NCBI GenBank assembly: GCA_031418035.1
Contig: JANOWU010000306.1
Span: forward strand, 1-59,494
Reading direction: 5' to 3'
From: Acidimicrobiia bacterium
GTDB lineage: Bacteria > Actinomycetota > Acidimicrobiia > Acidimicrobiales > JANYDT01
DNA: 59,494 nucleotides
The position numbers and the translations under genes are program-made. Positions 1-9,076 of this stretch are shown one piece after another. The number at the start of each line of letters is the position of its first letter. Position 1 is the first letter of the stretch. Under the pieces are notes generated by a model, which saw only the letters and a list, made by a program, of their open reading frames with translations, did not search any database and had not been told where the DNA came from.

Positions 1-48
1 CGAAACCCCGTTTATCTCTCGTTCAGGGTGAGGTTGTGGACGCTTCGA
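1..48 (-). repeat. Palindromic REP-like element family A, copy 1 (truncated by window start)
   Basis: The reverse complement TCGAAGCGTCCACAACCTCACCCTGAA-N17-TTCG matches 10801-10848 (TCGAAGCGTCCACAACCTGACCCCGAA-N17-TTCG). Confidence 0.8.
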
Positions 49-64
49 GTGCGAGTTGTGTACC

Positions 65-802
65 TCAGCGGGCGAGCGCCCGTTCGAGCACGCGGGCCAC
101 TCGCGGCCAGTCGTGTTCGATCTGGTTGGGGGTGAAGCTGCGCCAGACGAATCCGAGTTCGTCGTAGTTCGTTTCGCGTGCGTGGTCCTCCTCGAAGCGC
201 GCCTCGTGGTACTCCCGGCTGTCGATTTCGACCAGTACGCCGTAAGGCGGAAGGAACACCTCGGGCCTCGGCGGAAGGAGACGGCGCTTCGACGGCCGAT
301 ACGGCAGCATGAAGTCGGCCCGGTTCCGGCGGGGCCCGAGAACGGGAACCTGTCGCCAGGGGACGAGCCCGATCGAACGCATACGCTGCACGGCTCGCGT
401 CTCCGCATAGCTGTCCGTCGGAGGTTCCCCCGGCGGACGGCGGGCAAGTACCCGTCGCAGCAACACATCGCCCGGCGCCGCTCCCCCGCCGACGCGAAGT
501 TTCTCGATCGTGACGCCGCCGTCACGCAGTGCATGCTCGACCGCCAGCTCGACGCGTTCGTCCTCGAACAGACGACCGACCGTCCCCATACCGTCGAGGT
601 GTCGCAGCACCACCGACAATGCGGCCACGCGCAGCTCATCGATCACCACCGGTTCCGCCCAGGCCCGAGTTCGGATCACACCGGGGGCGGCCCTCGTCGA
701 TGCGGGCGCACACCAGCGTGGACACCACTCCCGGTCCCGAAAGCCGTCGAGGCCGAGCCGTGCAGCCGCCGCGGGACCCGTCAACGCCACATTGTTCTTC
801 AT
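65..802 (-). CDS. DUF559/Vsr-like PD-(D/E)xK endonuclease-domain protein
   Basis: C-terminal RADF...VLVEIDSREYH...EDHARE...ELGFVWRSFT motif. Start placed at ATG 802 behind a GGAGG RBS. Confidence 0.75.
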   Translation of the reverse strand: MKNNVALTGPAAAARLGLDGFRDREWCPRWCAPASTRAAPGVIRTRAWAEPVVIDELRVAALSVVLRHLDGMGTVGRLFEDERVELAVEHALRDGGVTIEKLRVGGGAAPGDVLLRRVLARRPPGEPPTDSYAETRAVQRMRSIGLVPWRQVPVLGPRRNRADFMLPYRPSKRRLLPPRPEVFLPPYGVLVEIDSREYHEARFEEDHARETNYDELGFVWRSFTPNQIEHDWPRVARVLERALAR

Positions 803-864
803 CCATTCCTCCGCAGGCGCGATTCCACAAGCCGGATTGGAGGAAGGAACCACATGGTACCGCG

Positions 865-915
865 CACAACCTGACCCCGAATAGCTGGATCGGGGCCCTT
901 CGGGGCCGAGTTGTG
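865..915 (+). repeat. Palindromic REP-like element family A, copy 2
   Basis: CACAACCTGACCCCGAA-N17-TTCGGGGCCGAGTTGTG, with arms identical to the copy at 10811-10861. Confidence 0.9.
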
Positions 916-1003
916 TACGTCCCCGCTGCGTTGACACACCCACTGGTTAGGTTGATGACGGCTTCCCCGAGCCTGTGACCAATCAACATCGAAGGAGGTT
1001 GCC

Positions 1004-1480
1004 ATGAGCGGCAACTCTTCCCGTCGAAGCATTGTGCGTCAGAGCGTCGGGGCCAAATTCCGGGTCCTGTCGCCGACCGATGCACTCGACGCCCTCGACC
1101 ATGTTCGCCCAGACGGTTTCGATTCGGGGGTTCTCGTCGTGCTACTCGACTACGAGCGCCGACCTCTTGTGGGTATCGCCGTCGACAACGCCCCGTCGGA
1201 GGAGCTGTGCGCAATCGGCGAGTCCGTCATCGCAAGCGTGTTACGTCGGAAGGCGCGCAGCAGTGCCTCACGCAACCGCATGGTGGTGGCGGTGGTGTTC
1301 GGGCTGGTACGAGACACGAATAGCGAAACGGTTGACGACGGCCCCGCGAGACTCGTGCTCAGCTCAGCCGAACTCCTCGCGTGGCGTGAGTGCCAGCACC
1401 TCTTCGCTGCGCATGGCATCGACCCACTCGATCTGCTCATTCTGGAACCGTGCGGATGGGCGTCGTTTCGGGATCATTGA
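1004..1480 (+). CDS. Hypothetical protein, degenerate RadC/JAB-like domain
   Basis: Strong RBS (GAAGGAGG). The pattern SPTDA...VVLLD...GIDPLDLLIL...WASF resembles the RadC C-terminal domain, but there is no HNHPSG motif. Confidence 0.5.
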   Translation: MSGNSSRRSIVRQSVGAKFRVLSPTDALDALDHVRPDGFDSGVLVVLLDYERRPLVGIAVDNAPSEELCAIGESVIASVLRRKARSSASRNRMVVAVVFGLVRDTNSETVDDGPARLVLSSAELLAWRECQHLFAAHGIDPLDLLILEPCGWASFRDH

Positions 1481-1552
1481 CTTTGTCGTGTTTCGAGAGA
1501 AAGTGTTCGCTTCCTTACTGTTTCCTCTTACTGCCCCTGTAGACGTTCGGGT

Positions 1553-2225
1553 ATGGGATTTCGAGGACAGGACTACGAGCGAGCGATTCTCGAGATGGGG
1601 TCACGTTGGAAGCGTGCGACGGGGGATTTCGGCTCGGACCGCACCTGTGTCCTTGCCCTCCGTACGATCGCGGCAATTGCCGCAATAGCCGATGACACCG
1701 TCGAGTTCGTCTTGGGCGATGTCACCTTGTCGGTCAGGGTGATGAAAAATCCTTCGTTTCGACCGTTTCCCAACCGCATAATGGCTTGTCAACGAGAGCG
1801 CTGAGGTCGGAAGGGAGGTTTTTCAGAACCCTGATAGTCCAATAGACATCAGCGAGTTGATCGATGGCCCCCGGCCGCCGTATCCGCACGTTGCGTCCGG
1901 CGAGTTCCCGGGGCACATCGTGGCCCTACTGGGCCCGCGGGACCGTCAGTACCTGGTGGATCTCACAGCCGGTCAATACTGGTCCGACAGTCCGTTTCGC
2001 CAAGTGTTCGAGGCAGCGACGCGTGCCGTTCATCGCTACGACGCCGAGATCGAGGTTGGGCCGCCGGCGCGAACGATCGGCGTTCACTACCTCAACAACG
2101 GGGTTTATGTAGCCATCCGATCGAGGGACGACCTCCCGGTGATCAATCTCGAACTCGACCCGTCACACATTTCGTTGGCGCTGCGTCTCTTGAGCGACGG
2201 CGATGGGTGGGCACCGCACAGCTAG
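1553..2225 (+). pseudogene. Hypothetical Cys-His-Asp (transglutaminase/papain-like) protein split by a MITE
   Basis: ORFs 1553-1804 and 1857-2225 join in frame if ~100 bp at the MITE is removed. Motifs RTCVLA / GHIVALL / LVDLTAGQY. Confidence 0.5.
1735..1833. mobile_element. ~100-bp MITE-like element family B, copy 1
   Basis: Terminal inverted repeats CAGGGTGATGAAAAA...TTTTTCAGAACCCTG. The reverse complement aligns along its length with 16412-16511. Confidence 0.8.
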
Positions 2226-2237
2226 CATCGACTACCG

Positions 2238-3710
2238 ATGAAACGTTCGCGGTCGGCCAGACGTCTACGCGGCTTCGCCCGGATTCTGGCGGGCGCGTTG
2301 GTGGGCACGGTTCTTCACACGACGCCTTCACCGGCCCAGACCGAACCTGCACCCGTTCCCGTTGTTGTGGTGGCGACGACGTCGGTGCCAACGGTGACAC
2401 CGGTTAGCTCCGTCGCAACCGAATCAACAACCACGTCGCCGCCTCCGACGACAACGGTCACCGACACGAACCCCGCGCCCGCGCCCGCGCCGAGCCCGCA
2501 GCAGTACGTCGCCCATGCCATCACAGCTCTCGAACGGTATGCGTACAAACGAAATACGGTTGACTGGCCCTCCGTCCGGGCAAAGGCCGAAGCAACGACT
2601 GCCACCGCAGCAACGTATGCCGATACGTACCCGGCGATCATCGAGATGGTTCGCTCCCTCAACGACAAACACTCGTCGTTCACCAGGCCCGTTCAGGCGG
2701 CAAAGCAAACGGCCGGCCGGGTCGAAAGCTACGGATTTCTCGCTGGCTGGCCGAGCCGCACCGTCATCACCATCGTGCCGACCGGTCCTGCGGACGGTGC
2801 CGGTTTGCGCGTCGGCGATCGGATCGACAAGATCGACGGGAAGCTGCCGCGGTTCAACGGTTCGGTCATCGCGCTGCAGCGCGACCAGAACGGCCAACTT
2901 CCCGCGGTCATCACCATCACGTGGACCCGCAAGGGTTTGAAGAAGGCCATAACGAAGACCGTTCGTCTCGGAGAGGTTCCGACCATCAGCGTCCCCAAAT
3001 CTGCCGTCGTACCGCAGATTCCGGGTGTGAATGCACAGTCGATCGGAAGACTCGCCTATCTCGATGTGCCCGGTATCGTCGGTGAACCCGAGGCGCTCAC
3101 GGCGTTCGCGACCCAAATCCAATCCCAGATCTCCGAGCTCGAAACGGCAAATTCTCGTTGCGGTTGGATCGTTGACCTTCGCCGAAATCGGGGCGGCTAC
3201 ATCCACGCGATGTTGGCGGGGCTGGGGCCGCTCGCCGAGGGCGGGGCCCCTGATGGAATTATCGGCGGCAAGCTGACCTCGGACGGGAAAGCGGAAAACT
3301 GGCGCTACACGGATGGCATCTCGTTTACCAATGATCGAAAAGAAGTACGTGCACAGATAAGTGTCCGCCTTACGAACCCGGGCGTACCCGTGGCCATCCT
3401 TACAAGCAAGCTCACCGCAAGCGCCGGCGAAGCCGCCGTCATCGCCTTTCGCGGGCGGCCCGAATCGCGATCGTTTGGAGAGGCGACCACCGGCATCCCC
3501 ACATACAACGTACGCGTACGAATGCCCGATGGCGCTTTCCTCGACATCATGCAGGCCGTCGACATCGACCGAACGGGCAAGCCCTACGATGGGCCGATCA
3601 CGCCCGACGAACTCGTGCCGGTCGATTGGAGCAACGTTGGAAATGCCAGCGACCCCGTGCTCGGGAGTGCCGTGCGTTGGTTGTCGCAGAGCAAGGCCTG
3701 CTCGGTCTGA
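2238..3710 (+). CDS. Secreted S41 family (C-terminal processing) peptidase with PDZ domain and Pro/Thr-rich linker
   Basis: Signal peptide, PDZ-like GPADGAGLRVGDRI, and DLRRNRGG, TASAGE and FGEATTG motifs. Confidence 0.9.
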   Translation: MKRSRSARRLRGFARILAGALVGTVLHTTPSPAQTEPAPVPVVVVATTSVPTVTPVSSVATESTTTSPPPTTTVTDTNPAPAPAPSPQQYVAHAITALERYAYKRNTVDWPSVRAKAEATTATAATYADTYPAIIEMVRSLNDKHSSFTRPVQAAKQTAGRVESYGFLAGWPSRTVITIVPTGPADGAGLRVGDRIDKIDGKLPRFNGSVIALQRDQNGQLPAVITITWTRKGLKKAITKTVRLGEVPTISVPKSAVVPQIPGVNAQSIGRLAYLDVPGIVGEPEALTAFATQIQSQISELETANSRCGWIVDLRRNRGGYIHAMLAGLGPLAEGGAPDGIIGGKLTSDGKAENWRYTDGISFTNDRKEVRAQISVRLTNPGVPVAILTSKLTASAGEAAVIAFRGRPESRSFGEATTGIPTYNVRVRMPDGAFLDIMQAVDIDRTGKPYDGPITPDELVPVDWSNVGNASDPVLGSAVRWLSQSKACSV

Positions 3711-3731
3711 GATCGGCTCTGAGATCGGGCC

Positions 3732-3831
3732 CTGAAGCCCAGCGTCGACAACGACGCCCAGCATCGGCACTGAAACCCAGCCTCGCGCTGAAGCCCAGCA
3801 TCGGCAAAAAAGCCCAGCGTCGACAACGACG
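3732..3831. repeat. Degenerate tandem array of five 18-19 nt units
   Basis: CCCAGC core at 3738, 3757, 3776, 3794 and 3813. AAGCCCAGCGTCGACAACGACG occurs twice. Lies between convergent stop codons. Confidence 0.75.
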
Positions 3832-3836
3832 GTGAA

Positions 3837-5684
3837 CTACACCCTCGACGGGTCGACCTCCACGCGAACCCGCTCGGCCGGGCGCTCACATGCTGCCAGG
3901 GCCGTCGCAAGGGCATCAGCCGACGCCGCCCGCACCAGATACGGACCTTCGGGCGGACCCGCGACCTCGACCAGTTGGTCGTGGTGAGCGGGAGGGTTAC
4001 GGAGCGCCTCGACCAACGTTTTCGCACCCGCCCCACTCACTTCGGCGAGCGCTACCGCAGGCGGCAGGTTCAGACTGCGCCGCCGTTCCAGTTCGGGCTC
4101 GGTGAAGCGAGTTGGGTCGCCCAGCACGATCGCCCGCAGTACCTCGTGGTCCGGCACGCGCGTTTGTACGACGACACGACCCTCGCGTTGACCGCGGCGA
4201 ACAGCGGGTGAAACCAGCCGGGCCGCGCGGGCGAGAAGGGCGAGGGCCTGTTCGGCGGCCCGATACCGCGGAGCGAAGAGCTCGGAGTCGATGTCGAGGA
4301 ATATCACCGTGTCGGCGGAGGGTACGCGGTGCAAGGCCGCTTCGGTGCCGACGAAGATCTTCGCGTTCGTCGGACCGTCGGAACCGTCGACGCTCTCAGC
4401 ACTAAGTTCACATACGGGTCGAAGGGCGAGCGCTTCGATCTCTTCACGCGCCCTGGTGATCCCCATGCGCACGTTCTTGAAGGAGGCACGTCCGCACGAC
4501 GAGCACAACACAGGTCGCGTGAGGGAACACCGCTGACACCGGAACACTCGATCTCCTGAGTCAGCGTCGTTGAGGGCAAGCGCGCCATCGCAGCGTTCAC
4601 AGCGTGCCGCCGATGAGCACCCGATACAGACGCAAAGGCTGGAACGTCCCTTTCGGTTCAAGATGCACACGACGACTTCGTCGGATCGAAGGATCGGGGC
4701 GAGTCGATCGCTGAGCAGCCCCTGGCGCCACGGCTCGGCTTCACTGCGATCGATCACCTCCACCAGCGGCCAACGGGAGCGTTCGTAGTTCCGCGACGGC
4801 GCAAAAACGGGGTACTTGTGCACCGAGGCCACCGACACCACCGGCGACACCAAGAGGACGGGGATCTGAAGTCGAGCGCCCCGCTCGACCGCCACGTCGC
4901 GAGCATTCCAGGTCGGCATCTGTTCCTGTGCGTAACCGTCGTCGTGCTCATCGAGCACCACGATCGCTCCGGGGTGGGCAATGGGCGCCCAGGCTCCTGA
5001 ACGCGACCCGATCACGACGCATCCCCCCACCGCCGCCCGCGCCCAATCATCGGGAAGCAGCGCGACACTCACTCCCAAGCGTCGGAGTCGACGTGCATAC
5101 GTCGACGCTTCAGCCAGTGAAGGCACCAGCACCAAAACTCCGCGCTCCGCACCGAAGCGAATCGCTTCGATGAGAACCACGTACGGATCGCTGGCCGGCG
5201 GAAGCCGCACGACACCAGGACCGGGGTGGGCCAGCGCACTTCTCGCAATCGACGACGCTTCGTCGGCGGACGGTGAAGGGAGCAGCCCGTGACCTATGGG
5301 GCGCAGGGCGGGAAGGGCCAGAACCGAGCGCGGAGGCGAAGCGGTTCGCAGCATCGAAGCTGGTCGTCCCCACCATCGATGCGCCGCCCAGCGAGAAAGA
5401 GAAAGGATCTCGCGCGGCGGACCGAACCCCGAGACCTTCGTGATCTCCTTCAGCCGCCCGGTTTCTGCTGCCGACGTCACGTCGAGGCCGGTGACCCAAC
5501 CTCGGAGCTGTCGTCCGTGGAGACCAAACCGCACGATGCTTCCCAAGCGCACCGAGGCCGACCCGGCGAGACGTGCGGGAAGGATGTAGTCGAAGGTCTT
5601 GTTGATCCCCGGCTCGTCGGGAAGCACGCGGATAAGACGTCCCGCCGGTTGTGGCGACGGCGATGATCCGGACGTCTGACTCAT
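3837..5684 (-). CDS. priA: Primosomal protein N' (actinobacterial type, degenerate helicase motifs)
   Basis: N-terminal KTFDY DNA-binding domain, IGSRSGAWAP, DEHD, four CxxC zinc knuckles and VQTRVPDH. Directly downstream of metK. Confidence 0.9.
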   Translation of the reverse strand: MSQTSGSSPSPQPAGRLIRVLPDEPGINKTFDYILPARLAGSASVRLGSIVRFGLHGRQLRGWVTGLDVTSAAETGRLKEITKVSGFGPPREILSLSRWAAHRWWGRPASMLRTASPPRSVLALPALRPIGHGLLPSPSADEASSIARSALAHPGPGVVRLPPASDPYVVLIEAIRFGAERGVLVLVPSLAEASTYARRLRRLGVSVALLPDDWARAAVGGCVVIGSRSGAWAPIAHPGAIVVLDEHDDGYAQEQMPTWNARDVAVERGARLQIPVLLVSPVVSVASVHKYPVFAPSRNYERSRWPLVEVIDRSEAEPWRQGLLSDRLAPILRSDEVVVCILNRKGRSSLCVCIGCSSAARCERCDGALALNDADSGDRVFRCQRCSLTRPVLCSSCGRASFKNVRMGITRAREEIEALALRPVCELSAESVDGSDGPTNAKIFVGTEAALHRVPSADTVIFLDIDSELFAPRYRAAEQALALLARAARLVSPAVRRGQREGRVVVQTRVPDHEVLRAIVLGDPTRFTEPELERRRSLNLPPAVALAEVSGAGAKTLVEALRNPPAHHDQLVEVAGPPEGPYLVRAASADALATALAACERPAERVRVEVDPSRV

Positions 5685-5739
5685 TGCTCACGAGGGTACC
5701 GGCCCGGTACGACACTCCCGGCGAGACCACCCACCAACG

Positions 5740-5776
5740 AAAAACGTCCGGTCCGTACAAACGTACGAACCGGACG
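5740..5776 (-). terminator. Rho-independent terminator after metK
   Basis: Minus strand reads CGTCCGGTTCGTAC-GTTT-GTACGGACCGGACG followed by TTTTT. Confidence 0.75.
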
Positions 5777-5833
5777 AACTCGAATCAGTAGCTCGAATCA
5801 GTGGCGACAACGCGCCACACACCAGGGGCGTTC

Positions 5834-7024
5834 TCAGCCGAGCGCGGCCTTGAACTCTGCGAGACGTGACGTCTGTTCCCAGGTGAAGTCGGCGTCGGGA
5901 CGACCGAAGTGGCCGTAGGCGGCGGTCCGCTGATAGATCGGGCGACGCAGATCAAGATCACGAAGGATCGCGGCCGGGCGGAGATCGAAGGTCGCCTTCA
6001 CGGCCTCTTCGATCTTGGCAGGGTCAACCGTATGTGTACCGAAGGTTTCGACGAGCAGCGAAACGGGGCGTGCAACACCAATTGCGTACGCGACCTGGAC
6101 CTCGCAACGTGTCGCTGCGCCAGAGGCCACGACGTGCTTGGCAACCCAACGAGCGGCGTATGCCGCGGACCGGTCGACCTTGGACGGATCTTTTCCGGAG
6201 AACGCACCGCCACCGTGGCGAGCTGCCCCGCCGTAGGTGTCGACGATGATCTTGCGACCGGTGAGGCCGGTGTCGGCATGGGGTCCGCCCAAGACGAAGT
6301 TGCCGGTCGGGTTGGACAGGAAGCGATAGTCGTTGGCCTGGAATTCAGCGGGGATGACCTGCTTCACGACTTCGTTCAGCAAATCGTTGTGCAACTGGCG
6401 TTCCAGGTTCACCCCGGGAGCGTGTTGCGTCGAGATCAACACGGTGTCGAGACGAACCGGACGACCATCGACGTAATCGAAGGTCACCTGGGTCTTGCCG
6501 TCGGGGCGGAGGTAGGCCAGCGTTCCGTTCTTGCGGACACGGGTGAGCTGCTCGGCCATGCGGTGCGCCAGCCAAATCGGCAGCGGCATCAAGTCGGGAG
6601 TCTCGTCACATGCGTACCCGAACATCATGCCCTGGTCGCCTGCGCCCTGACCATCGAGGTCGGCGTCGATGTCGTGGCTGGTTCGCATTTCGTGAGCCTT
6701 GTCGACGCCCATCGCGATGTCGGGAGACTGCTCGTCGATCGAGGTGATGACGCCACAGGTGTTCCCGTCGAACCCTTTGTCCGCGTGGTCGTAGCCGATG
6801 CCGTTGACCGTCTTGCGAACGAGCTTGGGAATATCGACGTATGCCGTTGTGGTGATTTCACCGGCGACGACGACAAGTCCGGTGGTGAGAAGCGTCTCGC
6901 AGGCCACCCGGGCCATTGGGTCGTCGGTGAGAATAGCGTCGAGGATGGAGTCAGAAACCTGATCTGCCATCTTGTCGGGATGTCCTTCGGTGACTGATTC
7001 CGAGGTAAACGTCCAGTTGGCCAT
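5834..7024 (-). CDS. metK: S-adenosylmethionine synthetase
   Basis: [19 protein letters not shown] and [16 protein letters not shown] signatures. Confidence 0.99.
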   Translation of the reverse strand: MANWTFTSESVTEGHPDKMADQVSDSILDAILTDDPMARVACETLLTTGLVVVAGEITTTAYVDIPKLVRKTVNGIGYDHADKGFDGNTCGVITSIDEQSPDIAMGVDKAHEMRTSHDIDADLDGQGAGDQGMMFGYACDETPDLMPLPIWLAHRMAEQLTRVRKNGTLAYLRPDGKTQVTFDYVDGRPVRLDTVLISTQHAPGVNLERQLHNDLLNEVVKQVIPAEFQANDYRFLSNPTGNFVLGGPHADTGLTGRKIIVDTYGGAARHGGGAFSGKDPSKVDRSAAYAARWVAKHVVASGAATRCEVQVAYAIGVARPVSLLVETFGTHTVDPAKIEEAVKATFDLRPAAILRDLDLRRPIYQRTAAYGHFGRPDADFTWEQTSRLAEFKAALG

Positions 7025-7162
7025 GAGAAAATGCAACCCCTTTTGGAGAGCCGCTCGGAGAAGGGAACCTCCGGCGGTGGTGATTGGATGTGGCCGGTCG
7101 AACCGTGCACCTCAGTGCATTCAGTACGGTGCTGCCGGTGGCGAAAGCCGGTAAGAACTCTA
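7025..7162 (-). promoter_or_regulatory. metK promoter (-10 TAGAGT) and structured ~125-nt 5' leader
   Basis: TAGAGT at 7162-7157. Nested stems ACCGT..TGCAC-TGAG-GTGCA..ACGGT. CCCTT could pair with the AAGGG RBS. Confidence 0.4.
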
Positions 7163-7370
7163 ACGCGGCGCGTGACCCAGCGAAAGGCTTTGCCCGAAAA
7201 ATGTTCACTCTACGTGGTCAATTGTCGCTCCACGTGAGGAAAACCGTATCGGCTGAACGCCGGTAGATTCGAACCGCTATGAATATGCCCGGGGTCCGTC
7301 ACGCAACGAGTCGTACGCAGGTGCCGATGAGTTCGAAGAGTTCCGATGCGTTCGCGGTGAGATCGGCGCG

Positions 7371-8075
7371 ATGACCCTCTCTCACCACGGCCGGTTCGAA
7401 CGCCACCGCCAACAGCGCATGGGCTGGTTGCGCGCGGCCGTGCTGGGAGCGAACGACGGCCTCATCTCGACGGCCAGCCTGCTCATCGGCATCTCCGCAG
7501 CCGATGCGGATCGGTCGACGATCGTGAAGACCGGGTTTGCTGCGCTTGCCGCCGGGTCGCTGTCCATGGCGTCGGGTGAATACATCTCGGTGTCCGCACA
7601 GGCCGATTCCGAGAACGCGGACATCGCGAAAGAAACGAAAGAGATCGAAGAGCACGAAGAGGCCGAGATCCATGAACTCGCCGCCATCTATCGTGGCCGA
7701 GGCCTCTCTCAGGAATTGGCCGACCAGGTTGCACGAGCCATGCATCAGCACGACGCACTCGGCGCCCATCTCCGTGACGAACTTTCGATGACCGAACGCT
7801 CCAGGGCCAAGCCGGTCCAGGCGTCGTTAGCTTCAGCTGGCGCGTTCGCCGTTGGGGCACTCATCGCCGCCCTTGCCGCGCTCGTTGGATCCGGAAGTTC
7901 GCGCATTGCCAGCATTGCCGTCGCAACGCTCGTTGCCCTCGGCCTGCTGGGGCTGGCCGGAGCACGACTCGGTGATGCCCCGATCGGTCGAGGTGCTCTT
8001 CGAGTGCTCGCCGGTGGAGCGCTCGCCATGGGTGTGACTGCGATCATCGGCCGACTCATCGGCCAAGCGGTATAG
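7371..8075 (+). CDS. VIT1/CCC1 family iron/manganese transporter
   Basis: WLRAAVLGANDGLIS and SMASGEYISV motifs. Confidence 0.95.
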   Translation: MTLSHHGRFERHRQQRMGWLRAAVLGANDGLISTASLLIGISAADADRSTIVKTGFAALAAGSLSMASGEYISVSAQADSENADIAKETKEIEEHEEAEIHELAAIYRGRGLSQELADQVARAMHQHDALGAHLRDELSMTERSRAKPVQASLASAGAFAVGALIAALAALVGSGSSRIASIAVATLVALGLLGLAGARLGDAPIGRGALRVLAGGALAMGVTAIIGRLIGQAV

Positions 8076-8118
8076 CCGGGGACGGGAGAAGCGATGTTGA
8101 GTCTTTGCGAAGTGCACG

Positions 8119-9024
8119 ATGTTTAGCGTCGGTCTCGATATGGGTGGCACGAAGTGCGCCGGTGTCCTTCTCAACGACGACGGTGTCGTGGTGGCTACCA
8201 ATCGCGTCGCCACTCCTGCCGGTGCCGACAATGTGGTTGGTGCGTTCGTCGAGAGCGCCCGGGAACTGATCACGCAGTCCCCGGAGCCCGTGCGTGCCGT
8301 CGGATGTGGCGTTCCCGGCCTGATCACCACCGACGGGGTCTTGCGGTTCGCACCCCACCTGTCAGGCGTCACCGAGCTTCCGCTTCGGTCGCTCCTACAA
8401 GAGGCGCTCGACCTGCCCGTCACGGTGGCCAACGACAACACCTGCGCCGCGTGGGGTGAGTATGCCTTTGATCGCAGCGCAACGACGTTCCTCTACGTCG
8501 GCTTCGGCACCGGCGTCGGTGGAGGTGTCGTCTTGAACGACAAGCTCTTCTACGGTTCCGCCGGTTTCTCCGGCGAGATTGGCCACATGGTGGTCGAGGC
8601 GTCAGGACCGGAGTGCGTGTGCGGACGTCGAGGGTGCTGGGAGATCTATGCCTCGGGTTCGGGGCTGGCGCGGTTGGCACGCGCGTCCGGGCTCGATCTC
8701 GATGGACCGGGCGTGCGGTCTCTTCTCCGCCAAGGGAGCCCCGCCGCCTCGGCGGTCGTGGAGTCCTTTGCCCGCTGGGTTGCCATCGGTCTGACCAACC
8801 TCATTTTCACGCTCGATCCCGACACGATCGTGTTGGGTGGTGGCGCCATCGGCCTTCCTGAGGAAGCGCCCGAGCTCATCGATCCCATTCGTCGCCATCT
8901 TGCGCTCGAGTTCGCCGGATCGCAACATCACCGCGCTATCCCTCCGATCCTCAGCGCCCGGCTCGGCCCCCTTGCCGGAGCCATCGGCGCTGCGCAACTT
9001 GCCCTCGAAGGGCTCTCCCGCTGA
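8119..9024 (+). CDS. ROK family sugar kinase (glucokinase-like)
   Basis: GLDMGGTK, NDNTCAAWGE, GTGVGGG and GEIGH...CVCGRRGCWE motifs. Confidence 0.93.
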   Translation: MFSVGLDMGGTKCAGVLLNDDGVVVATNRVATPAGADNVVGAFVESARELITQSPEPVRAVGCGVPGLITTDGVLRFAPHLSGVTELPLRSLLQEALDLPVTVANDNTCAAWGEYAFDRSATTFLYVGFGTGVGGGVVLNDKLFYGSAGFSGEIGHMVVEASGPECVCGRRGCWEIYASGSGLARLARASGLDLDGPGVRSLLRQGSPAASAVVESFARWVAIGLTNLIFTLDPDTIVLGGGAIGLPEEAPELIDPIRRHLALEFAGSQHHRAIPPILSARLGPLAGAIGAAQLALEGLSR

Positions 9025-9076
9025 GCCAAATTCGTCGGCCTGCCACGCGCAAGCCCGGTAGCCTTTCGCCGATCCC

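Noticed and set aside
3732-3831. Possible mini CRISPR array
   Set aside because: Units are only 18-19 nt in total, with no unique 30-40 nt spacers and no cas genes in the window.
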